Below, in pieces: positions 25,005 through 33,544 of a DNA stretch of 64,000 bases; position 1 is the stretch's first letter; each line of letters starts with the position of its first letter. The notes beneath the pieces were generated by a model that was not told the DNA's origin, did not search any database, and saw nothing but the letters and a program-made list of their open reading frames with translations. Source of the DNA: a virus (lineage: Duplodnaviria > Caudoviricetes); IMG/VR virus record IMGVR_UViG_644736328_000002, positions 1,355 through 65,354 of that record. One strand, given 5' to 3'. The position numbers and the translations under genes are program-made.

Positions 25005-27302
25005 TTAATCCGAAAGGCTAGAGGCTATGGCTAAACGTTGCTGTTTTGCATAGCGTTCAAGTGCTTGATTGACAGCGTCTCTGATTTCGTCCTTGAGACC
25101 ATTTGGTACTGAAATATTGAGATTTGTAATGGTTACACGGGCGTCTACTTCAACGGGTTTATGAACCGTAATGGGCTTTGGGGCTTTAAAGGCACCCACT
25201 TTATTTGTTGCCTGCATTTGTCCTGTTTCAACGACACTTGTATTAAAACCACTCTTGCGTTTTTCAGGTGGGGTATTTGTAACCACTGCTGTACCCAGCA
25301 TTTTTTTTGCTCGTGCATTGGTTTCATTGGTAAAGGTTTTAATGGTCTGGGTTGAAGTTTTGTTGATTGAAACATTAAAGCCTAGCTTTTCTTTCATCCA
25401 ATTAGGCATCCAGCTGGTTAATTTGCTTATCATGCCGCTAAACCATTCAGACAGAGCATTCCATTGGCTTTTGATACCTTCCCAAAGCCCGTTAATCAGA
25501 TTGGTTCCTGCTTCCATGAGATTGATCCCAAACAGCCACTCAATCAATGCATTGATTTTTTTTGAAATCCAAGAGAGCGGTGAAAAGTTTTTAAAGAGCG
25601 TCAAGAGGTTATTGAAAACGTTACTACATAAGCTCGCAAAAGAATTCCATAAGTTGCTTATGAAGCTTACTACCGTATCCCAATTTTTGTAGAGGAGATA
25701 TCCAACTCCAACAAGGGCTGCTATGCCGCCAGCGATCCAGCCGATAGGAGTGGTCATGATTGCGATACCAAGCGATATAAAAGCAGAACCAACGGCAGTT
25801 ATTGCCGAAATCAGTGTCCCTACAAGAGTTAAAGCAAGACTGGCAACTGCAGAAGCAGCTGAGGCTAATGCTGAAAGCAGTGATCTTCCCAGAGTAGCAG
25901 AAAATCTAATAAAAGCTTTATCTGCTGCGATTATTTTTGAGAGCAGGGATTTTCCAAGATTTGCAGCCAGACCGGTAATTTTAGAACTAACGGAAGTGAA
26001 GGCTGAAAGCACTGGTCCTGAAAGAGCGAAAGCAAGCCTGATAAAAACTGCGCTTACTATGGCTAGTGATGTAAGCAGCCAGCCATTGATTTTGTCCCAA
26101 TTTTTGTAGAGCAGATATCCAGCTCCAACAAGAGCTGCGATGCCGCCAATTAGCCACCCGATAGGTGTCGTCATTATAGTATAACCAAGTGTGACAAACG
26201 CTGCTCCCGCTGCGGCTAACGCGGCAATGAGTGGACCAAAAATGAATGAACCAAGTGCTACAAGTCCTACCTTAAAGAGGGTTATTTCACCAATTAGAGG
26301 TTCTAGCCATTGGAACCATCCTTTAATCCTCTCTGTGAGATCACTGATACCTTTTCTTAAATCAGAGGTAGGATTAAGCAAATCATTAAAGACTTTTCTT
26401 AAGGTTTTCGCCCAGCTCGCAACGGTTGTTTGAATGAGGTCGCGGTTTTCATCAATCAACTTTGAAAAACCGTCAATCATATCATTGATCACGGGCATGA
26501 AACGCGCGCCAATAAAGCTCGCGATACCGCCTATTTTTTTCTTAAAGGCTCCCATTTTGTCACTTAAGTCCGCTGCATATTGTGCGACATCGGCACCTAT
26601 CAGCCATTTTCCTTTCCGCGCCTTTGCAAAGAGCTCTTTGATTGGCGCCATCCCTTGCGCAAGCATGGCGGCCATTTCCTTGCCATCACCACCAAACAGC
26701 AGAGCAGCAATATGCTGTCTTTGCGCTTGATTTTTCATCTTACTCATCTTGTCGGTAATTTCTTCCAACAAGACAGAAGTGGATTTGAGTTTTCCAGAAG
26801 TGTTTTTGACAGAAATGCCAAGCGCTTCAAAGCCCATCATGCCTCTTTTTTGTCCAGCATAGGCTTGCGCAGAACGCCTATTTAAAGTTGCTAGAGATTG
26901 TTGAAAAAGTTCGGCGGAATATCCTGAATTATCGGCTGCATCGCCCCATAATTGAAGCGATGCAACACTCATCCCCAAATGTCGTGATGCGTGGTGAAGA
27001 CTATCCCCCAGATGCATGGTTTTCATGGTAACGGCGGTCACACTTGCCACAAGTCCACCACCAGCGAGCCCTAAAGCACCAGTAAAGACCGAAGCACGGC
27101 TTGCCGCCACTCCAAGAGCACTTTGAACGCCATGAAGGCTTTTTGTCATATTTTTTACAGCAGCAGAAAAGCGCGGAATACCCAAATTATGGGATAATGT
27201 TTTTGAAAGTTTATTGAATTTCTCTTGCACACGTTTTAAAGGCGCGGTGAGTTTGTCTTCAAGAGATAATCTCACCTTTGCATCAGCAACTTTTTCACTC
27301 AT
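25005..27302 (-). CDS. Tail tape measure protein
   Basis: 765 aa; repeated 'TPIGW..GGIAALVG.GYLLYKNWD'; between tail chaperone and gpU. Confidence 0.88.
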   Translation of the reverse strand: MSEKVADAKVRLSLEDKLTAPLKRVQEKFNKLSKTLSHNLGIPRFSAAVKNMTKSLHGVQSALGVAASRASVFTGALGLAGGGLVASVTAVTMKTMHLGDSLHHASRHLGMSVASLQLWGDAADNSGYSAELFQQSLATLNRRSAQAYAGQKRGMMGFEALGISVKNTSGKLKSTSVLLEEITDKMSKMKNQAQRQHIAALLFGGDGKEMAAMLAQGMAPIKELFAKARKGKWLIGADVAQYAADLSDKMGAFKKKIGGIASFIGARFMPVINDMIDGFSKLIDENRDLIQTTVASWAKTLRKVFNDLLNPTSDLRKGISDLTERIKGWFQWLEPLIGEITLFKVGLVALGSFIFGPLIAALAAAGAAFVTLGYTIMTTPIGWLIGGIAALVGAGYLLYKNWDKINGWLLTSLAIVSAVFIRLAFALSGPVLSAFTSVSSKITGLAANLGKSLLSKIIAADKAFIRFSATLGRSLLSALASAASAVASLALTLVGTLISAITAVGSAFISLGIAIMTTPIGWIAGGIAALVGVGYLLYKNWDTVVSFISNLWNSFASLCSNVFNNLLTLFKNFSPLSWISKKINALIEWLFGINLMEAGTNLINGLWEGIKSQWNALSEWFSGMISKLTSWMPNWMKEKLGFNVSINKTSTQTIKTFTNETNARAKKMLGTAVVTNTPPEKRKSGFNTSVVETGQMQATNKVGAFKAPKPITVHKPVEVDARVTITNLNISVPNGLKDEIRDAVNQALERYAKQQRLAIASSLSD

Positions 27303-27696
27303 TTTGTCTTATACCTTTCTGCTGCTTGATTTCGCCAAAAGACCAATTCTTCCAGTTCCATTTCCATCATGTCTGAAAGTGGCCAATGAAAAACAATGGC
27401 AATATCGGCTATGAGTTTCGCGGCAGTTTCGCAGTCTTGGAAGCCCGCCGACTTGAAAAAAAATCTATAATCTCACGAATATCTTCCATGTCATAAGGAT
27501 CAATTTCCTCAACGGCATCTATGGGCCAGCCAGAAAGGCGTGAAGTAATGAATTCTAACTGATCAGCATCGTCTTCCTTAAAGGTCGCTTTTAAGTCTTT
27601 ATATTTCGGGCGCCGTAAGTTGATTTCGGTATGTTCTTTTCCTTCAAAGGTAATCGGTACAAGTAATTTATGTGTAATGCTTGTTTGTACTGTCAT
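27299..27696 (-). CDS. Tail assembly chaperone gpE and -1 frameshift extension E+E'
   Basis: gpE ORF 27409-27696; T8 run at 27456-63; -1 frame reads ...LIADIAIVFHWPLSDMMEMELEELVFWRNQAAERYKTK* to 27299. Confidence 0.85.
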
Positions 27697-27698
27697 TT

Positions 27699-28205
27699 TT
27701 ATAATCCTATGTTTTCTCTATGATCTGCTAATTGATTGACGCCATTGAATCTCCTCACCATGTTGAGGGCGTCTATCTCAACAATTTCAACGTCCTTCTG
27801 GACATATTTAAAATACTGCAATGTAAATGTAGCCGTGGATGTAGCTTTGCTCCCCGGTTGCCATTCTGCCATTTCAAAGCCTTTGCATAGTCCTCTCATG
27901 GTAATGACAACACCTTCTGCTGGTGTGCCTTGCGCTTGCATTGAACTTCTCAATGAAATATCGACATCAGTGCGCCCCAACAGTGCCATCAACTCTGGAG
28001 AGCAATCAGAAATGGTCATGGTGAGAATGAGAGTTTCAAGACCAAGGTCAACTTCAATAGAGCTATCCATGCCTCCGCCACGATAACTTTCAACAACCAA
28101 GTTCAAATTTGGTAATGTTACGCTTTCACATTTTGCTTGATAGGGAATGCCGTCGACAAAAATGTTAAAATATTTCAAAACTCTTGGTAAAACGGGGATA
28201 GCCAT
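27699..28205 (-). CDS. Major tail tube protein (P2 FII-like)
   Basis: 'LP.VLKYFNIFVDG', 'YRGGGMD..IE.DLG', 'EID..NM....NG'. Confidence 0.92.
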   Translation of the reverse strand: MAIPVLPRVLKYFNIFVDGIPYQAKCESVTLPNLNLVVESYRGGGMDSSIEVDLGLETLILTMTISDCSPELMALLGRTDVDISLRSSMQAQGTPAEGVVITMRGLCKGFEMAEWQPGSKATSTATFTLQYFKYVQKDVEIVEIDALNMVRRFNGVNQLADHRENIGL

Positions 28206-29416
28206 TAAAAAATCTCCTCTAAATAATCATTCACAATGCGTGAACGGAATGTGATGTGTTCTGCTGGTGTTGTTGGTGTGAACTCAACATTGAAATAGAC
28301 TCTGCCGCCTTCAATAGCGCTTGCTGTATTCAACTCTGGATCAGGCGTACAACGCCCACCAAGAATGGCGCCTTGTGCTTTTAAATCACGCAAATAGGCA
28401 TTGACGCTTTCACTTACGTCATGCATGTAGGTTTTTTTGATATTGCGGTCGACAGCCCATAGATGCCCGCGCAAAATGGCATCATTGATCATATCTGCGG
28501 TTCTCACCACCGATAAGAAAGCAAATTTTGTATCGCTTGAAAGGGTGCGATTACCCCAAAGACGATAACCATTTTCGCGGATAATTGTTGTGATGTTTTG
28601 TTCGTTAAGAAGGTTGGCGCGGCTTGATCTGTCCCCAATGGAAAAATCAATGGGGCGCGCAGTTCCAATAATGCCATTGATCACTTTGTTTGAAGGGGAA
28701 TGCCAAAAACCGTGTGTAAAATCAGTTTTAGCAATGACACCTGCAACTGCTGCACTTGCTGGCTGTTCTACAATTTTTCCATCACGATTCACCTTTACAA
28801 AAGGGTCAACGATAATGGCGCGCTTTGAATCAAAATCCTTTGCTGCGGCAAGGGATGCTTCATCTGTTGTGTTTGGTGCATCAAGCACCACAATAGCACG
28901 CAGACGCTCTGCAATGCCAATCAGTTCTGCTGCGACGGGGTTGGCAGTTGCACCAGTTCCATTCTCTTCAATATTCACACTGGAAGGGCGTTGATGTGTA
29001 AAGCCTGGCGCAATCAGAATGCGTGGTGTTTGTCCTACAATGGATTGTGCTCCAATGAAAGCATGAACACCTTCATAAGCACCATTTGCGTTTACACCAC
29101 CCAGAATATTGGTGAGTGTTGCATTTTCATTGTCACCCTCGTTCACGCGCACGACAACAACAATAGCTCCCACTTGCTTGAAAATAAGATCAAGGGCATT
29201 GGGTAGGGTGCCTTGACGCTTGCCTGTTTTATCCAGTTTAGCAGCTTGTGAAAGAGAACCGGTAACCAAAACGGGTGTGTTAAGAGGAAAGGCTTGTTCA
29301 TCAGCATCGGGCGCCGTGCCAACAATCCCGATAACGGCAGACTGAACCGCGCGAAGGGGGCGGGTGCCGTCGTCAACCTCGACAACTTCAACACTGTGTA
29401 GAAAACCTGTTGCCAT
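28205..29416 (-). CDS. Tail sheath protein (P2 FI-like)
   Basis: 'FWHSPSN..INGI', 'G.RLWGNRT', 'F...VRT', 'P.TPAE.ITF'. Confidence 0.93.
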   Translation of the reverse strand: MATGFLHSVEVVEVDDGTRPLRAVQSAVIGIVGTAPDADEQAFPLNTPVLVTGSLSQAAKLDKTGKRQGTLPNALDLIFKQVGAIVVVVRVNEGDNENATLTNILGGVNANGAYEGVHAFIGAQSIVGQTPRILIAPGFTHQRPSSVNIEENGTGATANPVAAELIGIAERLRAIVVLDAPNTTDEASLAAAKDFDSKRAIIVDPFVKVNRDGKIVEQPASAAVAGVIAKTDFTHGFWHSPSNKVINGIIGTARPIDFSIGDRSSRANLLNEQNITTIIRENGYRLWGNRTLSSDTKFAFLSVVRTADMINDAILRGHLWAVDRNIKKTYMHDVSESVNAYLRDLKAQGAILGGRCTPDPELNTASAIEGGRVYFNVEFTPTTPAEHITFRSRIVNDYLEEIF

Positions 29417-29494
29417 ACTTTATGCTCCTTTAAAATAGTGGCTAATGAAGTGAATGTGAAAAATGAGAGGTAAAAAGCCGCTTTTGAGAACGAC

Positions 29495-29767
29495 TTGACA
29501 AAATATTCAAAATCGTTAGATTCATACAAAGGTGCTTGAAAAACACCTTAAAACAACAAGCGGATTGGTTACCGAAATAATCAGTCTTCTGTACATTAAA
29601 GACTTTGACTCATTATATGCTACACGCATATAATAGCTTTGTCGGGTGTGGTTACGCTATACAATACCCTTTCGGGGGAAAGGCATAACGACGGGCTTGT
29701 TGCCGTGTTTTTCAGCACCCGGCATTTTTATAAAAAATGTCAATGAAAAACGTCTAACAACAAGGAG
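29495..29767 (+). ncRNA. C4-like antisense RNA leader, cassette 1
   Basis: -35 at 29495; a1 29537-46 / b1 29554-60; stem 29641-48 with 29716-23; b' 29696-702 / a' 29705-14; a2 29744-51 / b2 29758-64 overlapping the GGAG RBS. Confidence 0.75.
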
Positions 29768-29772
29768 TTCTC

Positions 29773-30363
29773 ATGAACACTCTTATTAAAATTACAGAAC
29801 AAATCATTGGACAAGAAACTGTTCAAACTGTTAACGCACGCGAGTTGCATACGTTTTTAAAAGTTAATATACGCTTCAACGATTGGATTTCACGACGGAT
29901 TGAAGAATATTCTTTTCAAGAAAATCAGGACTTTGTGAGTTTTACTCAAAAAAGAGTAAAACCTAATACCTTTCAGGAAAATCAAGGCGTTGTGAGTTTT
30001 ACTAAAAATTTAGTAAAACCTAAAGGCGGTCGTCCAAGTACAGAATATCACCTCACCTTAGACATGGCGAAAGAGCTCTCAATGGTGGAACGTAACGAGA
30101 AAGGACGTCAAGCACGTCGTTACTTTATTGAGTGTGAAAAGAAACTAAAAAGCCAATCTGTTGATTATAATAATGATACACGCTTTGATTTGCCAAGTTA
30201 TTGGGAAGGTATGAAACCTGGTGAAAAAGTTTTGTATCTTTTAGGTCCAATTCATATGCGTCTTCTTGATGCTTTTAGAGTCGATGAAGAAAATAGAAAA
30301 TATAAAGCTCTCATTAAAGAAGCAAAAAAGGTCTTAGCAAAATCTGTTGTGAAAGCTGCTTAA
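29773..30363 (+). CDS. AntA/AntB-family antirepressor
   Basis: 'VNARELHTFLKV..RFNDWI', 'EYHLTLDMAKELSMVERNEKGRQARRYFIECEK'. Confidence 0.88.
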   Translation: MNTLIKITEQIIGQETVQTVNARELHTFLKVNIRFNDWISRRIEEYSFQENQDFVSFTQKRVKPNTFQENQGVVSFTKNLVKPKGGRPSTEYHLTLDMAKELSMVERNEKGRQARRYFIECEKKLKSQSVDYNNDTRFDLPSYWEGMKPGEKVLYLLGPIHMRLLDAFRVDEENRKYKALIKEAKKVLAKSVVKAA

Positions 30364-30535
30364 CTTTAAAACAGCAAATCATAAGGATTTTGGTTCATTC
30401 GCATTTCAAATGCGAGTGAATAGCAAAGGGTTTTAGCAAACCCGATTGCAAAAGTAGCTTAGACCTACAACATAATTTTATCTCCTCGTTTCAAAAGCGG
30501 GGAGGTGGTTAATGCCGTAAAATATCTTTACATAA

Positions 30536-30550
30536 TACGTATTATACGTA
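30536..30550 (+). promoter_or_regulatory. Operator TACGTA-TTA-TACGTA upstream of the Phd-like gene
   Basis: Two palindromic hexamers within an AT-rich promoter region. Confidence 0.55.
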
Positions 30551-30585
30551 TAATATGTATGATACATTAAAGATAGGATGTGCAT

Positions 30586-30837
30586 ATGAAAAAATATAGT
30601 TTTACAGATGTAAACCGCGGGGCAGGCGATATTTTAGATGAGGCTATGTCTAAACCTGTAGCTTTAACAAAGCGAGGTCGTGAGAAAATCATTATGCTTC
30701 CTGTTGATTTATATCATGAATTAATAAAAGCGCGTTCTCGTATACAATCTTTTGTTTATGCAGATGCACCGCAAAATATATTAGACGACTTAGATCGTGG
30801 TTTAGATGATATTTTAAATGGCGACGAACATGTTTAA
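30586..30837 (+). CDS. Phd/YefM-family antitoxin
   Basis: 'YSFTDVNR...ILDEA...PVALTKRGRE..IML....Y'. Confidence 0.8.
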   Translation: MKKYSFTDVNRGAGDILDEAMSKPVALTKRGREKIIMLPVDLYHELIKARSRIQSFVYADAPQNILDDLDRGLDDILNGDEHV

Positions 30838-30883
30838 AGCAGGGGATGTTGTTCAATATTATTATTTATCCAGTATTTCATAA
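30830..30883 (+). pseudogene. Possible stub of the cognate toxin (MFKAGDVVQYYYL...)
   Basis: Start overlaps the antitoxin stop; stops after 17 codons, just short of the convergent higA. Confidence 0.4.
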
Positions 30884-30912
30884 AACATCGTCTCTTCAAA
30901 GTGAGGAAGAGA

Positions 30913-31221
30913 TCAAACAGCGTGAAGTGTTGGAACTTTGCTAACATTTGTTTCGCGTTCAGCATGCCACGCATCATAATTGGCTTGCATACGTAACCAT
31001 ATAGCAGCTCCATCACCAAACATTTTGCCAAGACAAGCGGAAACAGCAGGAGAAACAGGCTTTTTTGCGTTCAGAATATCGTAGAGATGTTGGCGTGATA
31101 TACCAAGCATCTGCGCAATTTCTGATTTTGTTTTGCCTGTTTCAGGAATAATTTCTGCTAAAACTTCTCCCGGATGAGTAGGACAACGGTTTTTATCTCT
31201 TTGTGCAGGAATGTCATTCAT
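30913..31221 (-). CDS. higA: HigA antitoxin
   Basis: 'PTHPGEVL', HTH, 'WLRMQANYD.W'. Confidence 0.9.
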   Translation of the reverse strand: MNDIPAQRDKNRCPTHPGEVLAEIIPETGKTKSEIAQMLGISRQHLYDILNAKKPVSPAVSACLGKMFGDGAAIWLRMQANYDAWHAERETNVSKVPTLHAV

Positions 31222-31231
31222 AACTGTATCC

Positions 31232-31510
31232 TTAGTGATATTGTTCAAGATCAACACGGTAAGCATTACATGAGTAAAATTCAAAGGTAATACACCATGG
31301 TCCGTTAACGTGGACAGTGTAACGCGTGGGTGAATATCCAATCAAAGAATGAAAGTTGAATCCTGGAAGATTCATATCTTCTGGTCTTTCAGAAATATCT
31401 AAACGATCAAGACGAACCATGATACGTTTTACAAGTTTCTTATCAATCTTGGATGAATTTCCCGTTTTGAATAATTCTGCCAATGTTTTGCTTTTAAACG
31501 TTTTAATCAT
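31232..31510 (-). CDS. higB: HigB toxin (plasmid maintenance killer type)
   Basis: 'MIKTFKSK.L..LF..G', 'H.L.G....Y..VNGPWCITFEF'. Confidence 0.9.
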   Translation of the reverse strand: MIKTFKSKTLAELFKTGNSSKIDKKLVKRIMVRLDRLDISERPEDMNLPGFNFHSLIGYSPTRYTVHVNGPWCITFEFYSCNAYRVDLEQYH

Positions 31511-31919
31511 TCTTTTATATAGCGTAAAATACTGCTAATGTCAACAAATAGCTTACATTATAAGTGCTAAAATGGAAAAAACAGTAACATTCCATTAGAA
31601 AGCCTTATCGTCTAGACTTGTTTTTCTTTTCTCCACCTCATGCGTAAAGAGAAGGATAGGCGCATGGAAGGGATAAGTTTGCACGTTAACATCAAGGATT
31701 TTACGACCATACCAATGGCTGTCTGATCAAATATTGCTAAAAACTTAGATCCCTTGCCATTCTTAATAAAGTGAATACGAAGTTTAAATTCTATTGTCAT
31801 CTTGCTCTCCAAATCAATGAAGAGACCATAACAATCATCTACACTCTCTCATAAGACTGACACTGTCAGTCAAAAATGGTTTTAAAGAAAGAAAATCATA
31901 CAAGCCTTATCGCCTAGAA

Positions 31920-32165
31920 TTAATCAACTTTCTCTTGCTGTTCTTTTACAGGCTCTACGGGTGCGTCTATTTCTGCCATTTTAGTAGATGAGAGCTGTTT
32001 TGTGTTTTCATCAACAATAGGAGGAGAGAAGACTCCGTCCTTATAAGTCCAGCCGATCTGCGCTTCACTTGAAGGGATAGCTTCACCATCAAGGGCGTGA
32101 ATATAATCTTCTGATGCTACGATAATATTTGTTACCACACCATTTTCAACAACTGCATATTCCAT
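31920..32165 (-). CDS. Small tail-fibre-associated protein
   Basis: 'YAVVENGVVTNIIV...IGWTY.DG.F.PP' typical downstream of Gly-rich fibres. Confidence 0.65.
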   Translation of the reverse strand: MEYAVVENGVVTNIIVASEDYIHALDGEAIPSSEAQIGWTYKDGVFSPPIVDENTKQLSSTKMAEIDAPVEPVKEQQEKVD

Positions 32166-32174
32166 GAAGTGCTC

Positions 32175-33530
32175 CTATATAAAAAATATCAACAACACTG
32201 CTCCATTACCGCCATTTTCTCCTTTACCAACACCACCATCTTCTCCTGGGAAATAACCACCACCACCACCTCCTCCTTGTCCACTGCCTTTGCAGCCTTT
32301 ACCACCTCTGCCACCTTTATGGCTCTCTCCGCCATAACCGCCGTTACCATTATTAGCACCAGCACCCCCACCGCCGACGCCGCCAAAAAAAGAATTTCCA
32401 CCATGACCACTACCACCGTTGCCGCCATTCCCACCAGCGTAAATAAAAGAACTACCTCTATAACCATTAGAACTAGCATCGCCCCCAAAACTACCATTGA
32501 AACTTGATACGCCGCCGCTGCCACCACCACCTCCTCCTGCCCCCCCATATGCTGTAATAATTCCTTCAATGCGTGTATAACCACCAACACCTCCACCGCC
32601 TCCCGGAGAAGCGCCTCGTCCACCTCGACCAATTTCAATAATTTTTGCGGATTTTAACTGTGAAGCTTTAATTTTAACATACACACTTTGGCCTCCACTG
32701 CCGCCGCCGCCACCGTAGCTGGATTTACCTTTGGCCCCATCTCCCCCACCTCCGCCACCACCCCATGCCCATATTTCGATTCCTGTGTTATCGGTCATAC
32801 CTTCAGGCCATGGAATGGCCCCACTTTCTGTCATGAGGATTTCAAGGGGGGACGTCGCTTTTCTTAATTTCGTGATTTCATCACGTATTTCTTGAAGAGC
32901 AACAAGAGCTTCATTTTTGCTATAAACTTCCGCACCATCAACTTTAAGAGGTCCCTTCAACATGCTTCCGGTTGTGCTTAGACTGCTAACGACTTTGTTG
33001 TTATGGATAAGGTTAAACGACGAATTACCCAACAGCTCTAAACCACCACTCATAGTGACTTTGCTGGTAAATTTATTATAATTCTGCCATTCATTGGCTT
33101 GTTTTAGGCGACCATAGGCTGTGAGATCTTCGTTAATCTTGGCTCTAAAATCGTCAAGCCCCACAATATCTTCGGTTTTATGCTGGTGCGTTCCTAAAAG
33201 TGATATCGCACTGCCAAAGGTAAAGTGATTGTTGCTTGATTTATAGAGAACATAATTATTGGCGGCATCTTTTGCGCCTTCGATATCGCTTAAATCAGCA
33301 AAAGTGAAGGTTTTATCGGCTGCCATTTTGGCCTTAAGGGCTGCTTCAAGATCTGTGATTTCGCTTATGCTATGCGTGTGTTTTGAAGGTGCTTTTTCGT
33401 CTACCTTTTCCTCAACTTCCATCATGGCTTGATCAATTTTCGTCAAGTTTTCCCGCAAGATTGGGAATTCAGAACTGATAAAGCGTCCTTCTTTAGGCAA
33501 TTCCATGTCGAGTTTTTTGGTTTTGGTCAT
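32175..33530 (-). CDS. Tail fibre protein with Gly-rich C-terminal domain
   Basis: 'HTHSISEITDL' repeats; 'WAWGGGGGGG...GGGGSGG' Gly-rich domain. Confidence 0.82.
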   Translation of the reverse strand: MTKTKKLDMELPKEGRFISSEFPILRENLTKIDQAMMEVEEKVDEKAPSKHTHSISEITDLEAALKAKMAADKTFTFADLSDIEGAKDAANNYVLYKSSNNHFTFGSAISLLGTHQHKTEDIVGLDDFRAKINEDLTAYGRLKQANEWQNYNKFTSKVTMSGGLELLGNSSFNLIHNNKVVSSLSTTGSMLKGPLKVDGAEVYSKNEALVALQEIRDEITKLRKATSPLEILMTESGAIPWPEGMTDNTGIEIWAWGGGGGGGDGAKGKSSYGGGGGSGGQSVYVKIKASQLKSAKIIEIGRGGRGASPGGGGGVGGYTRIEGIITAYGGAGGGGGGSGGVSSFNGSFGGDASSNGYRGSSFIYAGGNGGNGGSGHGGNSFFGGVGGGGAGANNGNGGYGGESHKGGRGGKGCKGSGQGGGGGGGYFPGEDGGVGKGENGGNGAVLLIFFI

Positions 33531-33544
33531 CTCTCATTCTCCCA

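Noticed and set aside
30884-30944. C-terminal remnant of the lost toxin (…QSEEEIKQREVLELC*)
   Set aside because: Mostly the antisense of the higA 3' end, so not independent evidence
31596-31920. gccttatcg(t/c)ctaga direct repeat around a 66-aa ORF as an invertible or mobile fibre cassette
   Set aside because: Repeat is short and direct, not inverted; no invertase in the window; the ORF has no recognisable domain
32189-32638. Val-rich alternative-frame ORF and its antisense partner (32169-32507)
   Set aside because: Shadow frames of the poly-Gly codons of the tail fibre
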